The translations under genes and the position numbers were made by a program. The notes below the pieces were generated by a model that was not told the origin of the DNA, made no database searches, and was given only the letters and a program-made list of their open reading frames with translations. From Monocercomonoides exilis PA203 (taxonomy: Eukaryota; Protista; Preaxostyla), in the NCBI GenBank assembly GCA_001643675.2, contig LSRY02000006.1, positions 124,001 through 188,000 of the forward strand: a stretch of DNA of 64,000 nt, in the 5' to 3' direction. Positions 1 to 12,300 of the stretch are shown here, one piece after another (positions within the stretch are counted from its first letter, which is position 1; every line of letters begins with the position of its first letter).

Positions 1-87
1 TTTTTCGCACGGTGTTTTATAGATAACTTTGTTAATGTCTTTTTTATGAAGTACCGATGAATTTTAATTATTTTGTTTGAAGAACAG

Positions 88-3000
88 CAAATAGAAGGAA
101 TCTCTCAAAGAAGAGAAACTTACTATTTTGGACTTAGATTTATAGCTCGTGATAAGTTGCTGCAAGATCGAAGGATAACCTCAAGCTTTGAAACGCTCAG
201 TTCTTTATCACAAAAACAGAAAGAAAAAGTTTGATAAAAATTATAAATTTTTTTACGGACAATTTTAGATTTAATGAATACGTATGTGCTGTTTCATTCA
301 GTTGGATAATTTAGAGTTAGAGGTTCAGAATCTTGATTCAGTTGATAATCATGTTCTGATGGAATCTCTCAATGCTATATCAGAACTTATTTTAATTGGT
401 TAGACTTTATTCAATTATGTGCGTGTTGTACAATTTCATTTTCATGAAATATTAGGACAAAATTTCTCAATTCAGCGTGTTATCAATGCTGGAGCAATTA
501 AGCCACTTTTGACTATTCTCAATAATAATTGTAATGGTGCAATTCTTCTTGAAGCAACAAAAGTTATTGCACACATTGGACGGGGAAGCCACGAACAGAT
601 TGAGATATTAGTTCGAGAAGGCATTGTGTTTCATTTGTCAAAGATATTTCATCAAGTTGAGGATTATCGGATTCAGGAACAAGCTTTGATTGGATTAGGA
701 AACATATGCAGTGGAAGCGAGAATGGGTGTATGGAAGTGATACGTCAAGGGATTTTAGATGATGTTATGAAGATGGTAGATGGTGCGGAGGATTCAAGAA
801 AGAGTTTCAAAAAATCTCAGTTGCGCGCTTGCACTTTTCTTTTATCGAACGTCTCAAGGCTTGCCAGGTTTTGTGGAGATGAAATTGCGAAAATAGCATT
901 TTCTGATGAGTTAGCAATAACCAATGACAAAAAATTCACAGAAAACGTAGCATCTTCTCAAAATGAATCAGCCACCCCGAAAAGCCAGCAATCAATATTT
1001 TTTGCGTCTTCTTCGTCTTTCATTCCCATTTCTCCACCTTCATCATCAACATCAACTTCTTCTTCTTCTTCATTGCTTTCATCAACATCATCATCATCTC
1101 CATCTCCTTCGCATTCTGCAGACACCCAGTGTTATTTGCGCCTCTTCCGCCATCTTCGCCCGTTGGTGCACTTTTTTGCGCGGGTGATCAACACAACTGA
1201 CCAGAAGCTGGTGGAAGACGGCTGCTGGGGCTTGAGCGAGCTGTCGATGCAGCCGAGATGCCTCGACATGATCATTTATGTGGGAGTCATCAAGAAGATA
1301 GTGTCTTTCATCGGGTGTGTGTATGTCAAATCAGACAATGAATTGCTAAAAGAATTGCTGTGCTTGCTGATTGTGTATTTTATGTATTGAAGGAGTATAT
1401 ACATTCTTATCCTTTCTTTTTTTGAAGTCATTTTAAGTTTTCATTGGAGAATGAATGTTTCTTTGGAGAAGTGATTTTTTAGCAATTTGAAATTGGCTTT
1501 TTTTCTCAAAAAAAAATAAGTGCTTGTATTCGTTGAATCTGTATTATTCAATATTCATTTATAAATTGTACTTTCAATTCTGTATTAAATAATTTTCTCT
1601 TTCTCCTTTTTTATTTACTTATTCATTTTTTTATTTCAATATATATTGCTTCGTCTTCTTCATCCACCCCTTCCCTCCTCCTCCGCCCAGCCACACCCTC
1701 GAGCTCTCCTGCACCTGCCTCAACATCCTCGCCAACCTCACTTCGATGTCTGACCTGAGCTGCCAAATGGCCATCGACGCCGGCGCCCTCCCTGCCCTCG
1801 CCCAGATGATCATCTCCCCCTTCGACTCTTCTTCTCTCCCGTCCAGTTTGTCTCTCTCCCCTCAGCTGTTCGCAAGGACGGTGGTGCAGTCGCTGCTGCC
1901 GATGGCGTTTGTGGCGCTGATCAACATCGCTAACGGCACAGCTGCGCAGATACAGACGCTGATTGAGGCACACGCTGTGGAGAAGATTGTGGAGCTGATG
2001 ATGAGTGCTGAGGATGCAGGTGGTGGGGGAATTGATGAGGGAAGTTTAAAAAGGAACATGAAGAAGGAGGAGGATGGAAGAGAAGGAGGAAAGGAAAGTG
2101 GAACAGATGGAAGAGAGGAGAATAGCAATGGCATTGAAATAGAAGACGAATTGGATATGATTCTGTATCCACATATTCGAGATATGGAGCCATCTGAGAA
2201 TCCAACACCTGCTCCTCCTTCATCTTCTCCTTCTCCTTCTCCTTCTCCATCCCCATCCTCCTCTTCTTCTTCCTCTTCTTCTTCTTCTTCCTCTTCCTTT
2301 TCTTCCGCTTCCTCTTCCCCCGTGTTCCGTCTGCCTGTCTCTTTGGAGGCAGAAGCACTCGAAGTGCTTGCCACCATTGCCCACCATGGGACAGACAGGC
2401 AGATGAATGCCTTTCTTGCCCACTCTGTCCAAATCGTCTGTCTTCGCTCGCTCATTCGCAGAGCAGCGGAGGCGATTGCTCAGTCAAAGGGTGTGTTCGA
2501 TGGGTGGGAGGAGGAAAAAAGTTGATTGTTGGAAAAGAATGAATGAATGGATGGATGGATGAAGGAGGAGAAAAAAATAGGATTTTTTTCGTTTTATTTT
2601 TTGTTTTATTTTGTTATTATTGGATTGTTTGTTTGATCATTTAACATGATGCATCATTCACTTTTTTTGCATTTTCATTTTCATTTTCATTATCAATCAT
2701 TATTTTTTTATTCTGTTTATTTCTTCCTTTTTTCAGAGTCAACAGTACCACGAAATGCTGTCAAAGTGTGCATCTGTTCCCTTGTTGTTCTTCTGCGTCT
2801 GGGCAATTTGTGTTTGGGAGAGCAAGTTTTTGAGGGAAATGCCACAAACCCTTTCAAAAGGGCGTTGGATTCAGAGGGAGGGGAAGAGGCGATAGAGGCG
2901 CTGATGTTCTGCAGCCACAGCCAAATCAGCAAGCTTTCAAAAGGGCTGATGAAAGTGGTGAAGGAGATGTACAAAATTGAAGGGGGAGAAGGGGGAGAAG

Positions 3001-3461
3001 GGGGAGAAGGGGGAGAAGGGGGAGAAGGGGGAGAAGGGGGAGAAGGGGGAGAAGGGGGAGAAGGAGATGAGAAATGTGAACACATTATGAATGAAGAGAT
3101 GGATTCATCATCATCTTCTTCTTCTTCCTCTTCCTCTCCTTCTCTTCAGAATCCTCTATTCACCATTCAACCAGAAGTCACCTCACTTTCATCTCCTCCG
3201 CCAGCCAGCCACAACTCCTCTACCAAAATGTCGAGTGATGACGAGTTTGTTGATGAAGATGCAGCAGCATTTGTCCCTTCATTCGGCTTTTCCTCTCAAT
3301 TTCTTGTTTCTTCGTTGCCTTCTTCCACCTCACTCACTTCGCCTGTTCCACCTTCTTCTCTTGCACACACACAAACCTCATCTAATCAGACAGCTCAGAA
3401 TGAATCCAATGGAAATAACACATTCACTCCTTCTCCATTGTCATCTATACGGTCATCATCT

Positions 3462-3494
<33 letters not shown>

Positions 3495-3785
3495 CTTCCT
3501 CTTTCTTCATTCAATCTTTCATCTTCATTTCACCCTTCAGCCACACTTCCTTCTCCTTCCCAGCCTTTTTCTGCCAATTCGATCTTTTCACCACAAATTT
3601 CTTCACCTTCACAAATGCAAACATCCATTTTCCCAAATCAAATCAATCAAGGAAGTCCTTCTGAAACAGCCAACATTGAGGCAAAAAACATTTTTCCAGA
3701 AGTGAATCCTCAATCTCAGATTACAAAAAAACTACAAAAAAACGAACCTTTTCCCACTTCAGCATTTTATGTACACGATCAATAG
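88..3785 (+). CDS. Importin-alpha-like armadillo-repeat protein, multi-exon, with Ser-rich insertions; start uncertain and possibly upstream of the window
   Basis: IBB-like 'ISQRRETYYFGLRFIARDKLLQDRR' near 90-180. ARM repeats 'VINAGAIKPLLTIL', 'IQEQALIGLGNICS', 'EDGCWGLSELS', 'AIDAGALPALAQM', 'ALINIANGTAAQIQTLIEA'. Frame-compatible GT-AG introns at 1315-1690 and 2491-2736. Confidence 0.75.
2979..3066 (+). repeat. Coding 9-bp tandem repeat (GAAGGGGGA)n, about 9 copies, encoding (EGG)n
   Basis: Directly visible perfect repeat in the last exon of the importin-like gene. Confidence 0.95.
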
Positions 3786-4024
3786 CAAAAATACGATATT
3801 TTTTGTTGAAGTTATGTATTATTGCATTCATAAAATTTAACGGAATTTGTTGTTAACAAAAAATGGTCTTGAGTGAAAACTATTATGTTTTAGATCAAAA
3901 TTTGTTGCAAACGTTGGGTTTCTGGTTTGGCAAAAGTTATTGCAATTCGATTTCAATATATGTTAAAATTTGATTTTAATAAAAAAATTTCTGTATATTT
4001 TTTGAAATTTTAGCAAGCAAGGAT

Positions 4025-6064
4025 ATGCTCCTTTCGATAATTTTATTATCTCAAGTTTTCTGCCTTAAAGAGCAGCATGGATACGTTCATAAAAGTGGAG
4101 ACGGATTTACTATGTCTAAAAAGAACGACAAAGATACAATCATTGAAGTTGTTTACGGATGTATGCTTTCTATTTTAAATAAAGATATTTATTTTCAATT
4201 TCAAAAGCGGACACATCTAAATGTCGTTGGCAAAAGATTGAATTACTCAACAAATTGAATGCCTATTCTGAGGATTCTATGAAGGCTCTTGGGGTATTTT
4301 GTTATATTTTTTTCAAAAGCAAATTTATGTTTATTTCATAAACTAAATAATTATAATTATTAAAAAACTTTTTTTCATATAAAAATATATTAGTTTGCAG
4401 AAGCATTTTATATGTCAAAAGAAATATATGCATCTGTTATGAACCAAAAGAAAGCACTTATTCAAACTTTTGGAGCAGATAAACTTCCTGATGAATTTGT
4501 GAAATTTTATTCAGATAATCTCAAATGGATTCGAGATCAAGTTAAAACTAATGGGGTATGATAATGCGTAGAGACGATTTGTTATTTAATATCTCATTAT
4601 TTTTCTCAGGATGATACATATTGGCGTCATATTGGAATGATACTTGCCCAATTTGATGGACTTGTTGAAGGATATGCAAAATCCGCAGAAAGTGGGAAGG
4701 AGCTTTCTGCTGAAGATTTATGGCTTTATCAGGGATTGCAAGATGCTCACGATGTAAAAGAAAAGATTCAGCCAACTCAAGAAAATAACGGAATACCTTC
4801 ATTATTCCTTGCTGGTTCATCTTCTATGATTGCAAGAATTGAGCCCGAACATCAAAAAGAATTGTATGTTGGGCATTCAGCATTCGGACATTACAGTGGA
4901 TTATGGCCACGTGTGACAAAGAGAGTGAAGTATATGACATGCGACAAAAAGGAAGTGATGATAACCATGACTGGGTATGCTGGACAGATTGCATCACAGG
5001 ATGGATTCTATTTAGTAAACAAGAAGAAAGTTGTTGCCGAGGTTCGTCAGGCGATGCTCGAAAAGGGAGGCTTCAATGTGGTTACGTCAGATGGTGTTTT
5101 GGGCTGGATGCGTGTGATGGTATCCAACCTGATGAGTGCTGAAGGATCACTTGAGGATTGGGCCAACACACACCAAAACTCGTCATCTAACACAGACACA
5201 AAATCAGTTTTGCTTATTGATATGTCGAAATTCAAGCGTGGCAAGGCGCTGGAGGAAGGCGGAGCAAGGATTATTGAGTCGTGGCCAGGAACAGAGATGT
5301 CTATGGCAATTGGTGATATTTTGCAGAAGTCGAAGTCTATTGTGGTATCTGCATCACCTTTGACATCCATCGGTTTTGAAGGGATGGGGCACAAGAACTT
5401 TATTGAAAAGACAGTTGGAGCAGAGCATTCAGAAGAGGTGGCGTGGCTGCTGTCGAACGACGATGCAAAAGGCGGAAAGCTGCGGATGTGGAAGCGGTTT
5501 GCTGACACCACAGCAGACATGTCTCAGCTGAAGGAACTTTTGAGACGCAACGACTTTGAATCAGATGCTGAAAGCATCAATCCATTCACCAAAGTGCACG
5601 ACCCATGCATGGCATTCGGTGCCAGATGCGAGCAAAGACCAGCGCCAGAAGCCAATTCGCTCTACTCGCCTGTTGTGGCAGCTGGCTCTTTGGATGCGAA
5701 AGTTGTGTCATCGGCGTCTGCAGCACACAACAACTTTGCGATTGTTGCAGGGACCATCTGGAGTGAATCGAGTGCTGCACTCAAGCCAGCGTCGACCGAC
5801 GATTTGAGCAAGAAAGTTGAGTTTCCACACGACTATATGCCTCAGAACACCACCGGCCCTTGGGACATGGTGGCGTTTGACGGAGAGGGCACCCAAGCGA
5901 TTCGGATAGTGATGATTGTGTCGATTGCTATTTCTGGATCAATCTGCGTGTTTGGCATTGTTTGCACTGTCGTCTTCTTGGTCAAGAGAAGACTAAAGAA
6001 AAAGAAGGAGGCGCAAAAATTGCTTGGTGTGCGAGAGAGAGAGCGTGATATTGTTTGTAGTTAA
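4025..6064 (+). CDS. Phospholipase B-like (PLBD, Ntn-hydrolase) type I membrane protein, multi-exon, catalytic motifs degenerate
   Basis: Signal peptide MLLSIILLSQVFC. PLBD-like segments 'YWRHIGMILAQFDGLVEGY', 'LYVGHS', 'GYAGQIASQDGFY', 'WMRVMVSN', 'LRRNDF', 'GSLDAKV'. C-terminal TM helix plus basic tail. Confidence 0.8.
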
Positions 6065-6591
6065 ATAGACATTTAATATATTTTGAAAAAAACATTTTTT
6101 TTCATTTTTTTGGAAACTTTCACTCAATCTCAATATTTTAATTTGAATCTATATTATTATTATTATTTTTTAATTGTTAACATCATAATTGCAATACTTT
6201 TCTCATTCAATAATCTCAGAGCAACCTGTAAATTCATAAAAGTTGAAAAATTATTTATGCAGTTGAATGAAGCTGTTTTTGGAATTTTGTTGATGTTTTC
6301 TTTTTATTTTCATTTCAGGTATTTCATGAAAAAGAGTGATTTTCACCACAAATTTTTTAATCTCCTTTTACAGTTGTGTTATTTTTAATGTTATTTGATG
6401 CTTTTTTGAATTATGCAATTTTTATTATTTATTGTTAAAGTCAGTTCAATTTGGAGAGTCTTTGTTTCTTTTGTTTTGATGTTGCTGCTTTAAATGAAAG
6501 ACAAGAAAAGAAAACAACATTTTAATTGAAATTTTTATTTTTTTCTGTTTTCAATAAAGATCAAGTTAATCATAATTCAAAAAGAATTATT

Positions 6592-8478
6592 ATGATTTGT
6601 GCAATTTATATCTTGGTGATTGCTTTTGGAAGTGCTATTTCTTCATCAGACGAGAAACTAATAAATGAAGATCCGCAACTTATTCAGTTATTTGCAATCA
6701 CCAGACATGGAGCACGGGCGCCAAACAAGAGCATACCAAATCTTAAATGCAAAGAATTTACAGTTGCAAAAGGAGAACTAACATCGCTTGGGCAGAAGCA
6801 GCATTATGACTTAGGAATGCAGTTGCGTGATGAATACCCTTTCCTTCCTACAGAATATGATTCAAAAAAGTTTTATTTTAAATCGAGTGACGAAAACAGA
6901 AGTCTGATGTCTGCAGAAGCTCATTTACAAGGATTATTTAAAAGCAGTTATAAGCAAGATCCTCCTAGTTTAGTTTGTAAATTATGATTTTTGGTTATTT
7001 GAAAATTTTCTTTTTCACTATTCACAGGGACTGCCAATTCATAGTGAATCAACAGATAATGACTGGGTGATTCAAGGACGAAAATCTTGCAAAGGGTATG
7101 TAATCTTATTCTAAGTAATTATTTATTCATTTTTCCATTTCTATTTTTCAAGGCAAATTCAAAAGCTTCTTGATCCAGTAAAGTTGAGTGAAGAATATCT
7201 AAAGAAAGAAAAAGAGAATGCAGACATTCTTGCTACTCTTGCGAAAGAAGCTGGCTACATTGCACTTACTATTGACAATGTTTCATGTTTGGCAATTGTA
7301 TTATTTTAGAATGATATATTTTCTTTGCTTCAGATGTTGCTGATCAAATTTTTTGCGCAAATGCTCATAACTATAAAAAGTGCATGTTCCAAAACGATAC
7401 GCTAAACCAAAAAGCAATGGAGCTAAATGCCTTTTCTGTTTGCTTTATTTTTATTGTTTATTTATTAATTTTTGCACGTGTGTCTTATTTCTTTCGAAAT
7501 TACAGAATAAAATGGAGCATAGAATCGAAGATAAAGAAGCGGCACAGTTGCTAATCTCAACTTTTCTTGATGATGTTTTTGATCGGATTGAAGAGACATT
7601 GAGCAGTGAGTCGTACAGTTATGTGCTTTACTCTGCTCATGATGGCAACATCCTTTCATTACTCCAATTGTTTAATCAGCCATCTCCAGGTTGGTGTCTT
7701 TATTAAAGAAATTATTGCATTTGTGAATGATTTTTTTTTTGTTGTTGTTGCCTCTATCAATTGCATTATGAATAAATTCAAACATTCATTTATCAATGTA
7801 TTCATCAACGTGATTGTGTTCTCTTTTATTTTAGGTAATGTTCCATATGCCTCTCTCTTTTATTTCGAGCTTTACCATCTCCATCCGCAAACAATGAAGC
7901 GCCCTTTTTCTGGGAGCGATGTTGGCATTAAGATTGGATATCGGCCATTCAAAGAGAACGATGCTGACTATGATGATTATCACACACCTTTCAATGCAAC
8001 TTCCATGTCCTCATCAGCAAGCAATCCAAATGATCGTTCAGATGCCTCTCATTTTGACTTTGCAGAGTATGCGAGGCATCACCGCTCTTCGTCCCAGTTT
8101 CAGTCGCTTCGCTCGCAGCGAGGCGGATGGAGAGATTTTGATGGAAGAGGGAGAGTGGCAGACAAGGCGAAGAGCGACTTCACAAAGGAAGTCTGCAAAA
8201 AGGACTATTGCTCGCTGGAAGATCTGAAGAAGCTTGTGATCACGAAAGAGCAGTGGAAGAACAAGTGCTTTCCGAAGGAAAAAGAGAAGGAGCCCCCAAA
8301 AGAAGAGTTTGCATTCAAGAAGTCAGTGGTGTTTGCATTGATTGTTGTGACTGCGGTGGTATTTGTGGGATTTGTGATATGCTTGGTTGTTTCGATTGTC
8401 TTTGGTTTCAAATTGCGCAAGAAGAATAGGTATTCTTCAATAAATAGTCTTGAAAGTTCTCAATTGATCGAAAAGTGA
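6592..8478 (+). CDS. Histidine acid phosphatase (lysosomal acid phosphatase-like), type I membrane protein, multi-exon
   Basis: Signal peptide, RHGARAP catalytic motif, 'GELTSLGQKQHYDLG', 'RSLMSA', 'YSAHD', 'VPYAS', C-terminal TM helix. Confidence 0.9.
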
Positions 8479-8889
8479 AAGTTTTGTGATTATATGTATG
8501 TATTTTTTTCGTTTTTGCTAATCATTTTATTTTCCTGCAAAGTTTATTCGGTTAGTTATTGTTTATTTATCATTTGTTTATTTATTTGCCTTATTGTTTT
8601 TTTATTATTATTATTATTATTTTAATTTTTTATTCTTTTCTTGCATTTTGAGAGTTATCGGACAATTGTTTGTGGAATAAAAGGAAAATAAAAATTCAGC
8701 AAGAATTTTTTTCTTAAACGTTTGTCTTTTTTAAAAAAAGAGAATGAAGAATTTTCTGTTTATCCATTAAACAACTTATAAAACAAGTATTTGAAATTTG
8801 TTGAACGAAAGAAATCTTCAAATATTATTTAAGGGATAAAAACTTTATTTTTCTGTTTTCTCTTGCATAAAAGTTCTTCATAACTCATA

Positions 8890-9712
8890 ATGACGCAGAA
8901 ATTCACTCATGCCTTATGGTTTTTAAAGGTTAATTCGATGAGTTATGCAGTATGGAAATGTTGTTTCAAAAAGAAAAGGCTTTGCTCTTTAAATGAAATT
9001 TGATGTTTTGTCTTATTTGTTGTTATTATGTGATTTAATAGATTTCATTTGATCAGCAAACTTCTTTTCTGATTGAAAATGCGTTTAATCATCGGAATGA
9101 TCTGGATTTTATTCCACCAGTTTTGGTTTTTGAGCAGGCAACTGAAGTTGCAGATTTTGAGCATCTAACATTTCTGAGAAGCATTCTCATAGAATGTGAA
9201 ATAAATTTTGAAATAATGAAAGCAATCTTGACATCGGATGAATCGAGAGCTTTTGATCTGATCAGAGTTGATCCAATTGTCAAATCGAATCCATTGCTTA
9301 ATTTGATTCAACTCATCGAATGGCCTTATGCAGGTGGGGATGTATTCCTTCGTGGATCTTTCGATAGCTGGAGCTCATCAATTCCAATGCAAAAACGCAA
9401 AAGTGATGGAGTTTGGGAAGTTGCTCTGCTTTTTGATAAGAGTGTGATATCTATTTGAAATGAAAATCATTTTTTATTTTAAACTTTCTTAACTTTTTAT
9501 TCAAAAGTGGAAGCTTTTTCATATAAATTTGTCGTTGATGGAAAATGGAAATTTAGAAAAGATTTGAACTGCTGCAGTGATAGTCATGGTTTGTTATTTT
9601 CACTAATTTGTCCTATCATCATCTTGTTGTTTATATAGGAAATATAAACAATGTCTTCACACCAGAAAAGGGGGCGGATGCTTTGGAAAACACTGTTCAT
9701 ATGCACGTTTAG
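8890..9712 (+). CDS. Protein with C-terminal AMPK-beta-type glycogen-binding (CBM48) domain, multi-exon
   Basis: 'IEWPYAGGDVFLRGSFDSW', then after short introns 'YKFVVDGKW' and 'DSHG/NINNV'. Confidence 0.8.
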
Positions 9713-11443
9713 AAATGGTTAAGCTGAAGCTACTTTGGATCAAATATTTTCAATTTTCTGCAATAAAGTTAACTTCTTCACGGAATAATTTCTAATTTCC
9801 TATCATTCAATTTATTTATTAAGCGATTTTTGTGTATTGAATTTTGTTTTTATGTGAGACTTGGAGAATTATCTCATCCTTGAAGCAGTTTTCTTTTTGA
9901 GAATTCGACAAACTTCAATATTCAATTTGAAGTTGTTTACCGAATATTTGAATTTGCGCAATTATTTGGTATTTGGCACTTAAGCTGAAATAACTTTGAT
10001 ATTGATTTGCTCTATTTTGTGTTGCAATGGTTTTTATGACTTTTTCGTTTTTTGACTTGAAATGTTCAATGGTCTGTGGTGTGAACGTGTCATATTTCAT
10101 ACCAATTTCACATTATTTTTCAGTGTTATTTGAATTTTACAAGGTTATTGCTTTTTTATTTTTATTGTTATTTTCTCTTTTCTGTAATTTTATCTTTCTT
10201 TTTCAGCCTTTCTATTTTTTGTGAAATTTGATAAACATTCTCATTTTTTATTCATTTTTTTCATTTTTGAATGACATTTTCGAAATTTCTATTTTTATTT
10301 GATATACACTCGATAAGTTTTTCATAATATGTTATGTTGGTTTTATGTTAAGACGATTTTACTCAAAAGTTTTTTGATGGGCTATTTGAGTGCCGTTGAT
10401 TTCGTGTGGAATTGCCAGTGTTGTAAATCCTCTGTTTGTTAGCTTGTTTTTATTTACAGCTTTGTTTAATGGCTTTTACAAGGGTGAAATAATAATATTG
10501 GTGAACCGAAAGGCTTTTATGCAATCTGTTGAAATGCCTTCATTCATCGAGAGGAGCTATTTTTTATTTATTGCTCAATTTTCTTTTTCTCTCTCTCTTT
10601 CTTTCTTTCTTTCTTTCCTCTATTCTGCCTTAAGGCTCTCTTTCTGTTCTTTCTTTTTGAATTTCTTTGAGTTTCTGTTTTGGTTTAATTAATTTTTCAT
10701 TCAACAATAGCGTCTGGCTGATGCTATTCGATTTCTGAATGAAAAAAATATTTAAGATAATTGAGAATTTTTATTAAAAATTTTGAGATAAAAAGCTCTT
10801 TCTCGGATTATATGTCATTTCGTTTTTATTTCTCTTCTTTTTTATCATTGGCTCTCTTCACTTCTTTATTTTTCCAATGAGAAGTTATCACCTCGTGTTA
10901 AGTAAATAGTTGATTATTTTTATTTAACTTGCGTTAAAATTGGCTTTTCCGATTTCAGTTAATCAAAGGCACTCTGTATTTTGCCGCCGTCTAAACTTTT
11001 ACCCGTTCTTTTATTTCCTTTTATTTTAACTGTGTTCCATTCCTTTTCGTTTGTTTAAATTTGATGTTTTCAATTTTAATTTTTTGAAATTCTGATAAAT
11101 AATCCTACCATTACATTACAAAATTTCTTTGTGTCAATGAATGTTTTGAATATTTTCTAATTTATGCATTCAGCATGAGGTGTTTTGTTTTTATTGCGTT
11201 TTGTGTTATTCGGTGAAATAATGTATTGCAAATGGATTCCCTCCAACTTTAACTTTAATTTTGTTTTAAAAAAAACATTTTAAATTGGAAAAAGTTAAAA
11301 AGTGAAAAAAAAAAAAAGCACGCAAGAACTTGCAAATTCATTTACACATACGCAGGGCTTTTATAAAATACTTAAAGTATTGTAATTTTTCAATTCAGCT
11401 TCAAATGCTCGAAGAAATCTTAAAACAATTATTTTCTTTTTTT

Positions 11444-12178
11444 TCAAGAATCGTCTTTTTTAAACAAGTTCGTCTCGTCTTTTGATTTTTCATTTTGTCC
11501 TTGTTTGCTGAAAAAAGATAAAATTGATGTCTTCTGAATTTTTGGTTTGTAGATTAAATATTCATCAACAGGAAGTAACTTTTTTTCGTCGCAGCAATCA
11601 ATAATCCAATCTGGCCTAAAAATGCAAAATAATGTGAAAACATGAAATGCAAAATGTTCTGCAATGCGATAATGGTAACGCACCTCAAAACCAGTAGCGA
11701 CGATGACTTTGCGCGAACCTCCTTTGAAAACGATAGTCTGTCAGCAAACCAATGTGTAACTTTCGATGGAGAAAAAAAACGACTTTATGACAAAATAAAA
11801 AGAAATAATCCGAAAAAATCGAGCTAAACCGATGAGTCCCTCCATATAATTCCCACTAACATTTTTTTAAATAATATACTTTTGATATTCATGAATAAAA
11901 GTTGATCAAACAATTTTCGCTAAATGATAAGCAGAAAGCGTTGTTGTTCCACATGAAAAATAAGCACTCATTCCCGCAAATAATGCATGTTTTTTAACTG
12001 GTCCTTGAGCTGAAAGTCTATTCATCCTGACTTCAATCCATGTTTTTGCTTTTTCAGCGCCATCTGCTTCTGTTTCCTTCATTTCACATTTTTGTTCACG
12101 TTTCAAAGAATGGCTGGTTGAAAATTTTTCAGAATCATTTTTTTCAGAAGAAATACTTTTATTCTCTTTAGATTTCAT
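11444..12178 (-). CDS. Small single-BRCT-domain protein, multi-exon
   Basis: 'LFAGMSAYF', 'SKVTHWFA', 'RPDWIIDCCDEKKLLPVDEY' (BRCT WxxxC motif) across three or four exons. Confidence 0.75.
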
Positions 12179-12300
12179 AAAAAATGACAATTAAGGAAAA
12201 TATTATGGGGATAAAGTTCTGTTTGATACAATCAACATAATTATTACATAAAAAACCAACATATATTAATGAATAAAATTCAAATCAAAAGTATTCATAA

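Noticed and set aside
9442-9507. Apparent non-canonical intron in the CBM48 gene
   Set aside because: On recount a phase-1 GT-AG intron restores the frame (FDK-M-EAFSYKF).
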